Source of the DNA: Trichoplax sp. H2
Taxonomy: Eukaryota
Length of the DNA stretch: 64,000 nt
Reading direction: 5' to 3'
Assembly (NCBI GenBank): GCA_003344405.1
Contig: NOWV01000178.1
Span: 1-64,000, forward strand
In this document: positions 25,517 through 37,800 of the stretch, piece by piece
Position numbering within the stretch: position 1 is the stretch's first letter
Layout of the letters: each line of letters starts with the position of its first letter
Notes under the pieces: generated by a model
The model's database searches: none
What the model saw: only the letters and a program-made list of their open reading frames with translations
What the model was told of the DNA's origin: nothing
Translations under genes and position numbers: made by a program

Positions 25517-26485
25517 ATGGCTACAAACTCAACGTCGAAAAATACTCTAAATCAAACAGCCATCGATTATAATCTTCTAACTACCTATCTCTATGCTGCA
25601 TCTATTCCGATATTCTTTACCGGTATTCTAGCCAATTCTTTTTTGCTTTATTTGATTTCTAGTGATGCCAGATTCAATCGTATAGTATATAAACTTACAC
25701 GCATCGCCGTTATTTCTGATCTTGTTTCATTACATTATTCGCTTGTTGTATTTACTGTGTTTTCTTTGTTACGATCGCTTGATTATCATATTACTACGGT
25801 AATATGTCAAATAACAGTAGCTCTTACTTATTACTGCTATGGAGTGTCGATGACATCGTTATGTATGATTAGCATAGATCGTTATTATGCAATTGTAAGA
25901 CCGTTTTCGCCTCTATATCGTAATCATAAACGGCGAATTATTTATCTTGGTCAAGCTATAGGCTGTATAATTACTTTTACTGTCTCAGGACCATGTATAC
26001 TATTTCTGGGTGTCTATCCAGATGAAAGAAATGTTTGCGATATTATTAATATGAACATTTCTGCATCAATCTATCTTCTATTTCTAACCTTTTTCTTGTT
26101 TGTTATGCCATTATCGATTATTGTTGCTAATTATGTCCGAATTATTCGTTATCGTGTAAATTATGTTCGACCTGGGCAAACCGTTAAAGGTAATATCGAT
26201 GATAAAGTGAGAAAGTACAAATTTATTCGCGTGCTAATTACAATAACGAGTATTTATGTACTCTCAATATGGCCATTTTTTGCAAATATTACTGGCATGG
26301 CTTTAACACTTAGATCAGCAAGAGATGTCAGAAAGCTGGGTACAGGATTTTATTTAATTTCTATTATCTCATTCGTTTCTACCTTCGCGGTTAATGTCAT
26401 CAACCCATTTATTTATTTTAAATATGATAACAATATTAATAAGAAACTATTAGACACTATTCGACATATTTTACATAGAAAGTAA
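25517..26485 (+). CDS. Intronless class A GPCR, 322 aa
   Basis: 7TM pattern; GILAN, SIDRY, IWPF, canonical NPFIY. Confidence 0.92.
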   Translation: MATNSTSKNTLNQTAIDYNLLTTYLYAASIPIFFTGILANSFLLYLISSDARFNRIVYKLTRIAVISDLVSLHYSLVVFTVFSLLRSLDYHITTVICQITVALTYYCYGVSMTSLCMISIDRYYAIVRPFSPLYRNHKRRIIYLGQAIGCIITFTVSGPCILFLGVYPDERNVCDIINMNISASIYLLFLTFFLFVMPLSIIVANYVRIIRYRVNYVRPGQTVKGNIDDKVRKYKFIRVLITITSIYVLSIWPFFANITGMALTLRSARDVRKLGTGFYLISIISFVSTFAVNVINPFIYFKYDNNINKKLLDTIRHILHRK

Positions 26486-29052
26486 TTATGATTTCTGTTT
26501 AATTTTGTAGCTATTTATCTTGTCGAGTAACATAGAATTATTTATATGATATCTTGGTTAGAAGTAATAATAATTATAAATGGAATCATTGATAACAAAC
26601 GACCAACCCTATTTAAATCACTTTTGTTTCGTTGCTATCATTAAACGATATTTATAGAGATATTTTCTCAACGACGATAAAGTATCTATTAACGTTTGTG
26701 CTACATCATGGATAAGTTTTCAAGATGGATAATTGATCTATTTAATATTACTAGTGAGACATTTTCAATGCAATATTAAAATTGTGAGTGTGATACTAGT
26801 TTTCTGGAGCACTGAAAATAAACAGAAATTTAATGATGTATGGGTGTCCATAAATCGCAATAGTTTTACCCCTAGGCTCTAGCTATAAACTGATATACCA
26901 CACATAGGTAATAAGTTAAGAAGTGATTGATGAATGGCAATCAGCCCATCTTTTAATGCTTAGTTTGTATCATAAAAGAGATATTTTTTATTGATTTTTT
27001 AACTGCCAATCAGTTTAACTAATTGAAGATATCAGATATCATTTAATCAGTTTTTATCGATATTTAATTAATGATATTCACAATATGTCTTAGAATGCTG
27101 TATTGCAGTAGCATAAAGTAATTTTACGATAAATTAGTAACGAAAATTGGATCCACGAGTCATAAGCAGCATATAGTGTTTAGTAAATAAATTATATTTA
27201 AAGGCTTTGCAATAACAAAATGTATCAGCAACATAATTAATACCAATTAAGAAATTTTTGAAATTTTATTCTAATGCGAATTTAATTTAACACATTTTGA
27301 TTACAGGTTTTTGCTAAGAAATCTCATTGCTTGAAATTCCCAGCAATACACCGTGATCGAGGTAGTTGCTGTTCATTTACTGTGTAAGAACCTAGTTTTA
27401 ACCTAAAAGAGTAGCCAAAATCTACTACTTTGAATACCCGTATAGGGTAGCTAATATTAGCTGGTTTTGCAAATCCAAATTTATAAAGACGAAAAGATAA
27501 ACTTCTGCAAGTAAATTATCACAGTGAGTTTATTGTCAGGTTTATTCTCGCCGATATCTGTCTATACTATGATTCTAAATACTGACGATCTCCTATCGGC
27601 AGGAAGAACAATAACATCATTAGTCTGTCATGGACAAAATCAAATCTAAGTTTTATTAAAAATCAGTCAATTTACAGTAAATCTACGTAGACATTAATTA
27701 TCAGTTTATAGATAATATTATAAACTATACATTTATCTATAAAAGAATATACAGCGTCATAGATAACGGTATTGCCAACAAATATCAAAGTATACTATCT
27801 GATGAAAAATTAGATATAGCATTGATTAGCAGAGTCAGTTTATTACAACTGGTTATAATATTTGCTAACAATTTTTACCATACTAGACATCGATAATGAG
27901 GGGATCATAGTCAGTTATCACCGTTAGTACAGGTTATACAAGTTTTTCAGTATTAATTTTAGTTATAAGTGATAAACCATTTTTAGTGAAATATCAACTT
28001 AATCGCAATTCAATATTAGCTTTAGTTTGTAACTCGGTCTTTAGCTAGAGTTGATACTAATTAATAATTGAACTAAACTGAAATTTTATTTAGAATTATT
28101 ATCGCTTAACGGGTTTATAACTTTAATTTTAGGTCCTTATAAAATTTTTTTAGCGGTAAATAGTTAGACAGACATCGCTTGTGTCGATTATATTTATGGA
28201 TGCTAGACGTAAACTACTTCTTTATGATATTGAGCATACTAAAGATAATGAAATGGGTATGTTAATTAGAAATAAATAGATATATAACAGTGTTGTAGCC
28301 GCAAGAATTTGTGAAATGTTTACTGAACGATATAAATAAAATATATTTTGATCCGTGATCTACCCTTGTGGTTTTCATCTGCTAAACTATATATGAAATT
28401 AGCAATATCATGCATACCTATGTTACAGTATGTGACACATCTTGGATTCTGAGATATAAATAAATAGAATTTTATCAAATTAGATATTGTCGGAATGAAT
28501 CAATTGAATATAATTTAATATGCAGATTTTATACATACCTGGACTTCAGGGGTAGATATTACGTGCCAATCATGAATACACTAATATAATTTGTAATTGT
28601 TCACAAGTGATGAAAAAACTGGATTATCACATCATTAGAGGCAATATCTTGAATCAGATGTAATATAATTAGCAATATAAATACTCTATGACGCGTTACT
28701 ATAAATATTTCCTTTATAATGGTTCAATTACAATAATAGAAAATGGGTGTATTAAACTTATTAAAAATAAATGAAATCGACCATATCTAGAAATATAGTC
28801 ACTCGATAAATTAAAATATTAATCCTGTTAAAAATGATTTATTTATTCATCTCCATTATCCAAGCCACACTGCTTTTACCATAAAATTAAATTCATTAAT
28901 TAAAAGATTGTTACCTACCCTATATAAACCGCCAAATTGTGGTGATTAGCAAAAATTAAAATTATGACACGATACAGTCTGTCTACCTCATTCTCGATGT
29001 TGGCTCACATTGGCGCAAAATTGGATCCAGTATAAAGATATTTTTCCCGCAA

Positions 29053-30040
29053 ATGGGTGTTTACAGCTTTAGTATTGAATGTTTCAAAATATCAAAAAGA
29101 TTCTAATTCTATGTATTCATCTCAGTGTAATAACTGTTCTGGTATTCTTTATCGGTACGCATAATAATTACGCCATTTCTTACTTTAATTTAAATTGATA
29201 ATTGGTTCAATTATGCAATCTACAAGCTCGTATTTGCAGCTTGTACTTGAAATCTTGCTTTATTACACTATTCTATTTCTACATTTTTATTGCTATAACA
29301 TGAGTAAGGACCAAGTATAATTATAAAAGCAATACATTCGTGTAGCAGTCAACTGTGACTACTAATTATTGGCGCATCAAAGTATAAATAGCGACATTTT
29401 GGATGATTGCATCGGTCGCTCTTTTGCTGTAATATCAAGCTATTTTCATCACCTTATCGTACATATAAAAAGCGAGTGAAGTATCCTGGTTAAAAATGGG
29501 CTATCTAATAGCCTTTAATATTGCAATACCAGCTATTTCTTTCTTAGATATCTGTCTAGAAGATATAAATCTGTGTAATACAGTCGAGATGCATGGTCAC
29601 TATAATACGTCTTATAGCCTTGACCGTGGTCTTGTTTGGAATCCAATTATCCAATATAACCTCTAATTAGGCAAAAACTATGGTTGTCGAGTATCTATCT
29701 ATTCTAAGCATCTGATTAGCAATTGTAGGAGGTTGGTTGGTAAAGAAAAACTATATCACCATTATATCAACAATTTTCGAGCATTAGCAAATATAACAAA
29801 CATTTACTTTTTTCCAAATAGCCATTCTTTACCATCATCTCTGGTTTGGCAATGTCGCTTTAATTAATTAAATCATTGAAAGTCAAACGGAAACTGGGTA
29901 TAAGTATTGGATATCACTTGGTTGATTTTAGTTCATTTGTTTTTATATTTACAATTAATGTTATTAGTCTGTTTATTCATTTTATTTTGATTATAAATCT
30001 TTATCAGAAATTACAAGCAAAAATTTAGATTATTTCATAA
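29053..30040 (+). pseudogene. Highly decayed GPCR pseudogene
   Basis: Ordered remnants: GGTATTCT (TM1, ~29141), TACAAGCTCGT, ATCGGTCGC (DRY region, ~29411), TATCGTACATATAAAAAGCGA, GCCATTCTTT (WPF), ATTAATGTTATTAGTC...TTTGATTATA (TM7). Boundaries approximate. Confidence 0.7.
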
Positions 30041-30771
30041 TTGTACGATCAGAATTGGATAATAATTGTATTTTACGATTTAAAGATATATAATATTTAT
30101 TATTTGTTTCCATAGATGCTCCTTGGCGAGCAAAGCGTAATAATATTATGTATTTCCAACTAGTAAGCATATTAATTATGATCAATATTTGCTTTAATAT
30201 ATAACTTCAACGATAGCTATTATCTTGAGCCTATTTTGACAATCCTGGTCAGATATTCTGCTTGCGATACTTAGCATACTTGCTTACTAAGGTAGAATGA
30301 TTAATCTGCTCTAGCTTGCATGATGAAATATGGCTAAAGATTTACAAATTTTGCAATTTGAAGAATAACTGTTATTTTCTATATATTCTCATAGATATCT
30401 ACTTTAGTTGCGTGATATATTATAGCTTCAATTCGATAAATTCATAATCTAAATAATAGATGCTATTTTTTAATCTATTTTCCCCAGATATTTTCTTAAC
30501 TAGTAAAATAGAAAGATTAATCCACTCCAGTTTGCAAGATAGATTACAGCCATAACCTGATTTACGTTATCATTTTAAAGATACCTATGATTTTTCCTCT
30601 TATTTTTCATAGATTTTTTTTTAGCTGGTAAAATAGAGTGATACAATTGCTCTAGTTTGATAGGCCTACAGCTAGGATCTAATCCATTTTACGATGTTTA
30701 AAAAAGCTATCTTTTTCTATTCATGTTTCAGAGATATTTTCTTAGCAAGCAAGATACATACATGCAAAAAG

Positions 30772-30791
30772 NNNNNNNNNNNNNNNNNNNN
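30772..30791. other. Assembly gap (20 N) with duplicated segments 30624-30771 / 31168-31315
   Basis: N run; near-identical 148-bp segments. Confidence 0.95.
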
Positions 30792-31167
30792 ATTGGCGCT
30801 ATAATATTATTAGCGCATAATAATATCAATTATCACATATTTGTTCGATAGTAATTAATAGGATTACAAAGTTATAGAAAAGACTAAGTTATGCATAAGA
30901 ATAATTAACAGGTGGAAAAGGTGTAGATTTGATACAAGTATATAAGAGGTTGTAATTTACCTCGCTAGAGAGGAGGAAAATACGGAGACCTAATAAAGTT
31001 AGTTTAGTAAATTTATCCAGACGCTTCTAGTCCGCCTTTACTGTTGACTGAGGTCCTTCGCTGAAGTGGAGTGAGTAGTGACGCCTGGTGGCAGTTTTAC
31101 TGTAGGACAGAGGAGAGTAGGATAAATGTGGAACGGGAATCCGATTGTTGCAAACGACGTTGTGACA
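30792..31167 (+). mobile_element. 3' part of an LTR emerging from the gap
   Basis: TATATAAG at ~30939, AATAAA at 30992; ends TTGTTGCAAACGACGTTGTGACA, resembling the 3' end of the 12148 LTR (TTGTTGCAAAGCTGTTTTGTGACA). Confidence 0.75.
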
Positions 31168-34100
31168 GCTGGTAAAATAGAGTGATACAATTGCTCTAGT
31201 TTAATAGGCCTACAGCTAGGATCTAATCCATTTTACGATGTTTAAAAAAGCTATCTTTTTCTATTCATGTTTCAGAGATATTTTCTTAGCAAGCAAGATA
31301 CATACATGCAAAAAGATTTACGTATTTCAATTTGAGAGAAACAGATCTATTTTTATATATTCAATATTTTTACAATCTTGAATATAAATGTATATTTTAT
31401 ACTTGTTTCTAAGAATATTTTTATTCTTGTAAAGTAGGATAAGTAATCGTTTTCTATTTGCAAAATAGAATTTAGTTAGAATTCGATGTACCCAAACATT
31501 TCCAAAGTAACTGCCATCTTTCTGCTTATTTTCATATATATTTTTTCTTTACTGGCAATGCAGACAATTACTCCGCTGTATTTTACATGATGAATTACAG
31601 CCAGTATCTGAAGTATCCTACAATTTGGAAAACAACTGATAATGTTTCCGTCTATTTATATATATAATTTCTTAGCCGGTAAGATAAAATGATCAATTTT
31701 TTCCAATCTGCAAGATATATTACTCTTTCGAAATTAATACATTTAACGATCTTAAAAAATGTTTTTTAATTTTTTTATTATTTTTGAAAATATACTTGAT
31801 TTCAATAATCCAGGATGCTTAGTTGTTCTTAATTTACAAGACAACTTAACATTAGAATTGGATATTTATTGCGATATTTCGATGAAAGCTATTCTTTTGC
31901 ATATTTTCATAGATTTCTTAGCTAGATAAGTATAATGATTAATCTTGTTCAAATTACAAGGTATACTACTATCAAAGTCCGCCGTGTTTAACAATGTTAA
32001 AACAAACTTCGTTTTCTGCATTTCTATTTAGATATTTTCTGAGCGAAGGCGGTAATCAATGTTTTTAATTTGTATCCCACATTACTGGTAGTAATCCGTT
32101 CCTATTCAATTTTAGAAATAGCTAATATTTTTCCATACGCTTTTGAGACATCTTATTGGATGACTAAAATAAATCTGTATCTATTTTATGTCATAGCTAA
32201 AATTCGATATTGTTTATGATGAAAATAGGTATTTTATTTTTTTACGATGTACTTCCATACAAATTTTCTTAGCTAAAAAGGCAGAATGATTAATCTACTC
32301 CAATTTGCAAAATTTAATTCCTACTATTCGATTTCTGTATGTTTTAGCTCCATAACAGCTATTCATTTATGTAATCTCCAAAATAGGCAAGATGGAGTGG
32401 CAAATCTGTTTCAACATATATAATTTATAGCAGTGAGGGCTCTCCATCATATTGATAATAAGTTTATAATATACGTCTATGTCAATGATTAGTTCTATTT
32501 GAACATCCTTCCGATATAATTAGACAATCTACAACTGTTACCTAGGATATCTTTTCAGTCCCAACAAATATACAAGTTAATCCCGTTCAACTTCTAAGAT
32601 ATCCTAAATAACTTGAACTAGTAAAAACTAAATCTTTTTCCTTTATGGTATTAATTAAAGTAAAGTACTCAATAACTGAAATAAATGTGCGTTAGAATAT
32701 TATTTCATTCCTTTAAAGTAAAGTCCTCAATACTGGATACAGATATTTGTTATGACATTAAAAGATTCCCTTTTCAATGATGTTTTCATCAATAATAATT
32801 ACAACTAATCTTTCTTTTTACTATATTAACAAGCTTTACCATCGCAAAATATTAACATTTTGCAATTGAAATGGCTTTATCATTAGAGTTATCAATAATT
32901 TAATCTAAGATTATATTGTCGTAACAAATCTACTGATTTATTTAAAAGGAGTATTCAATGTTAAATCATGATCCTAAGCATTGATACTACTATACCATTT
33001 TTATATTGATGTTCTCGCCAGTAATTTTATTATCTAAATAGTTTCTTAGAAAGATTAACTAACACTTGAATTACCATATCCTTGATTCTAGAATGATATA
33101 ACACTTATTCTAGGAATAACTTGATAGTAGCAATTAAGTTGCATTTTATTACTTTTTTAGTCTTGTTTACCTCTTATCTAATATATACGCGCCACGATTG
33201 AATATCGAAATAAAAGCTTAATACAGTAATATTCTGTTGTTTCGACTTATTCATTGTACTGAAGATATACTCATACTATAGAATGTTATATGATAGAATT
33301 TTTTCTTTCTATTATTTACTTTAAAACGATATTGTAACATCTTTAATGTATATAGACTTTATCGGTCCTAGGCTAAATCCACAACTTGGTATATGTATGC
33401 AACGAATACCGTATTCTAAGAAATATTTGATATAATGCTTATTTAATTACAATATTTAGAATTCTGTTAAAGCATAAGATCTCTTTAGTCAATTCATATT
33501 GATAGCAAAGTAACCGTACTGAACTGTTATTCTATCATATACAACTGCATATAGCTTTCTTAAGAGTACCAGCATAAGAGAAATATATTAAGTTGCAATT
33601 CTAGCGCCGTAAGAATTAGAAAGAAACTTTAAACCTAAACATCGTCTTAGCTACTCTGAAGTAAAGTTCTTTAAATTTTATAGTACCTGCTTAATAATGT
33701 ACTTTATATTTTATTTTTTATGCCATTTCTTTGACAAGGTATGAATTATATCCAAATTTACTTAATTCTATTTGTTATATTTTCAGTGTTGCTGCTAGTA
33801 AAAATCAATCAATTGATGAGTTAATTTAAATTATTGTTTTAGCTACATGCGAGCCTTGAATACTGATAGTATTGGCGTTTTTGAATTGATCGACACCATC
33901 AATTCTACAATTTTCCATATTAGGTGAGAGCAATTTCATCTCTTTCATCATGATATCATGATACTACTACATAACCTATAACTACGGGTCAAGGTCCATC
34001 GCAGAAATATTCTTATTTAGCTGTTTTAAGGTGAATAATCAGCTTAAATTAACTCAAAATGCTATTAAAAGAGAATAGTTACGCGATTACTAAAAACTAA

Positions 34101-34880
34101 ATAGCCAGCTATTCTATTCTGCAATTTTTGTACGAATTCCAGCACAGATTGGATTATACAGTAGTAATACAATTATAATTCAAGGTAATGATTTATTATA
34201 CAATGATCACATACTGTAGATAAGAGCATACAAAATTTTTTACTACTTATAACCAGCAGCTATAAGAGCCGCTAGTATGGCTTATTCAAAAAATGATAAA
34301 AAAATCTAAGTCTCAGATTTCTACATCACATATACATATGTATTGTACGACTATCATACATATATGGAAAAGATGGTGATGAAAAGTTAATAAGAGATAC
34401 TTATATAATATTCTCTCCAAGTATTTAATACACTTACAAACACTAGCAAGATGTTATCCTAATATTATACATGCTATGATATTAATATCTATTCTGTATA
34501 GTCAGCATCATGAACCTTAGAGGTTCTGGTGCAGTATTAGTGAATATGATAACTACACAACAAGAGCATTGTAATGATCCCCGCTATCAGTCAGAGGAAT
34601 AAAGTAAAATTATCTAGATAATGTTATGTGCTCGTACGTGTAATACTATGTGCTTTAGGATGCAATATATAATAAGAATACAACGAAAACCGCGAATATT
34701 CTTTGAGGTTAATTGCGTGAGACATTGCTCGGAATAAAGGTCTAAAATATTACATAAACAATTGAAGAATAATGTCTAGATTAGCTTAATTAACCCGATT
34801 TACTCTATAGCTATGCGGGTAATTCATGTCCTACCTTGATAATTTCAGTTATACTGAATTAGTGCAGGAATAAGAACATG

Positions 34881-37800
34881 TTAAATATGAATAATATATT
34901 CAGGATAAGCTGAATTATCATTTGATATTACAAATACGGATGGATTGTTCATATTATTAACAACGGAATGGACTCGTTCTGATTGACTTCCGCTGATTAT
35001 GGATAAATTAGGTTGATTACATTGAGCTCCTTGGACATAGATACCTGTTAGAACTCGAGCTAGTAATAATGTATCGCCATATTGGCGCGATTCCGTAGCA
35101 GCGACAGCAAAGTACGTTCCTGTTCCAAGTGCAGAACCTATAGAGCAGAACATTGGAAAGAATCATTTAAAATTAGGATATCATAAATTGTATTTTGATT
35201 AACCTTTAATATTTAAAGAATATCATAATAAAGATTATTATATACTGTCTTAAAGCTATTAATTCTATTTCAATTCGTTCAAATACTTAAATCATGTTTA
35301 TGATTTCAATTCAAAGAATATAATTAACTTGCAGATTACTTTACTTTATTTGAACTAAAATTATAACATCTGTACTATTAATAATACAACAACTAGCAAA
35401 ATCGTAGAAATTCCGTAGAATATGACAGTGTAACACAAACAAAATTACATATATATGATTTGATAATTGGATATTACACGATAACATGATCTGCTAGCAT
35501 GTTACTCTATTCAATTCCAACTCTAATACATGGTATTAATCTTGGCTATAAACTAAGATCTATATTATTCGCGTCCGTTTGATTCAGTTAACGACCTTTA
35601 AAACACCTTAACTTTCAAATCAATTAAAATTATGTATAAGGCATTAGTGAAAAAAGTGATTATGCTGAAGATCCTTAGGAAATTAATGCATGAATTTTAA
35701 TTTAATATACGGTATTGATGACAGGCATCGATCTCTAACAGAGAATACTAAAAGTGAGAATCAATATGCTACCTGGAAATTACTTCAATTTCTCGTAAAT
35801 GACATTATTTATACCTTGCCATGACATCAACATCTGTGAAGATATTTATTGCTGTGTTTCAATTGGCCGTAATTATGAAGGTACTGATACAGTATGATAA
35901 CATTTTTAATCATGTTACTCTAATTAAATTTTATTATTGCTTAATAATAATGATGCAAATGGTATTTGGATATATTATGGTATTGTGGCCTTTAAACATC
36001 TTTAATTATTTCAGTAGAGTGTGATATTAACTAAATCTAATTACTTCAATATATTTTAGAAGCGAAATACTTCGTGTAAATGTCATCAATTCTATGGCAT
36101 AGTAGTAAGACGATATCAAGATTTTTTAACTAACCATACGATTTTCCTGAATAATCTCGATCAAATCCTCCCTTACATATACTTTCGACGTTAGTTTTTG
36201 CGGTACCATGGAACAAGCTTCTTTCAACTTGGGTTCCCGGTTGGTACCTTCGAACCGTTCTTTCAACATCCTTTTTCATAATCTGATAACGACGATATAA
36301 ATTCCAGTTTTGAATACGTGTTAATTTGCGAATCTGAATCCCTGTGCCTTCCAGAAGTTTCGAAATTTGATTTTTTTCTTCTTGATTAGTGACATCAACA
36401 GTACAATAATAACCATCTTTTATTTCACCAACTATATTCCAAGATGGAGGCACAGCAATCTCATTATCTATTTGAAAGAATAGCTTGATTTATACCTAAT
36501 CCTGTTAAGATTATTGCCTTCAATTTGCGATAATTTTAATTATTGTACGGCATTGTATAATTTTAACTTGTTGTTTTTATTATATATTGGCAGGCAGAAA
36601 AATAAGAAAAGATGATGTATCAATACTAGTATTTATTTTCATTAATCAAAATTGTAATTGCAATTATTCTCTAGTATGCTATCAATCTGTCTGCTGTATA
36701 CTACTCACTCGATGATATTAATCTTCCTATCGGATATTGTTTTCCATCAACTGTCATGATCATTTTTTCGTAATCAATTGATTTCATTCCGGTGTCCATT
36801 TTAAAAACCTTATTAGTTTTATCTTGAAGATAGATCTCATAATTTTTGACAATTTCAAAATTCATTTTACTATCAAATTGAACCTTAGATTGATCAATGA
36901 TAGCATACCATGGAACGTTTTTAGCAATCATTTCCTGTGTATCTTGATTTAATTTTTCTTTCAATTGAGAAGCAAATAAGTTATGAATAGCTGATATTGC
37001 TTTTAAAATATCACATTGGTATCCATGAATTCGAATCGCTTTTTTTCGATTACAACACACTAAGATTGTATTGTAATTGCACCAAAATTCTAATGATATT
37101 TGATGCCAACGACTTTTGTCAACATGGATGAAGTAATCTTCGTCAGTAATTTCATGCGATCCCCAAGTCTGACCATATTCGTTGACGATGAATCGCATTT
37201 GATCTATACGATTACAATATTTTGATATATAAATCGTTTTTAAACCAAATCGGAGATTTGTCTTGTTAAAAGTTATTTCCCAAGGTAATGTTAATCGAGA
37301 TCTTGTAATTTCTTCTCTTATCCACGTTGCAATCTCCTCAACTCGATCCTTAGATCCTAAGGCAAGATCAATGCAATCTAACCTGATCTGATCACAGCCG
37401 TGATCAATGAGGAATAATTCTATCGCATTTAATATATGATAGATATGCTCTTGATTAAATTCTATACTTGGTAGTGGAAGCGACATCGATTGATCATCAT
37501 TGGCGTTAATATAGATTAATAATTGATTTACACCAGTTAAGCATCCATATGGACATATTTGATATAAGCTACAATTAGGCTTAAAATTCGGTAAATACTG
37601 TAAAGTTTCCACTATATGCTCTGGACTATTTTTCTCCATGACACCATCTAATGTCTCTAAATGTTGATGCTGATCGCATAACACTGTCATATCGACAATA
37701 GCATTGGTTGTAGCTGCAAGAATATTTCCATGGTAGAGGTTAACTCGTAATGGCTTACCATTGGTGTAGCAGCAAACAGTGAAATACAGAACATAGCTAA

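Larger units (their letters stand above)
30250..32400. repeat. Degenerate tandem repeat (~120-125 bp period); a shorter paralogous tract lies at ~43920-44290
   Basis: Recurring consensus AGATATTTTCTTAGCTGGTAAGATAGAATGATTAATCT...TTTGCAAGA, e.g. units at ~30487, 30610, 30732, 31915, 32030, 32260. Confidence 0.7.

Noticed and set aside
28200..28780. Coding-looking stretch, possible transposase relic
   Set aside because: No sustained frame or recognisable motif by eye.
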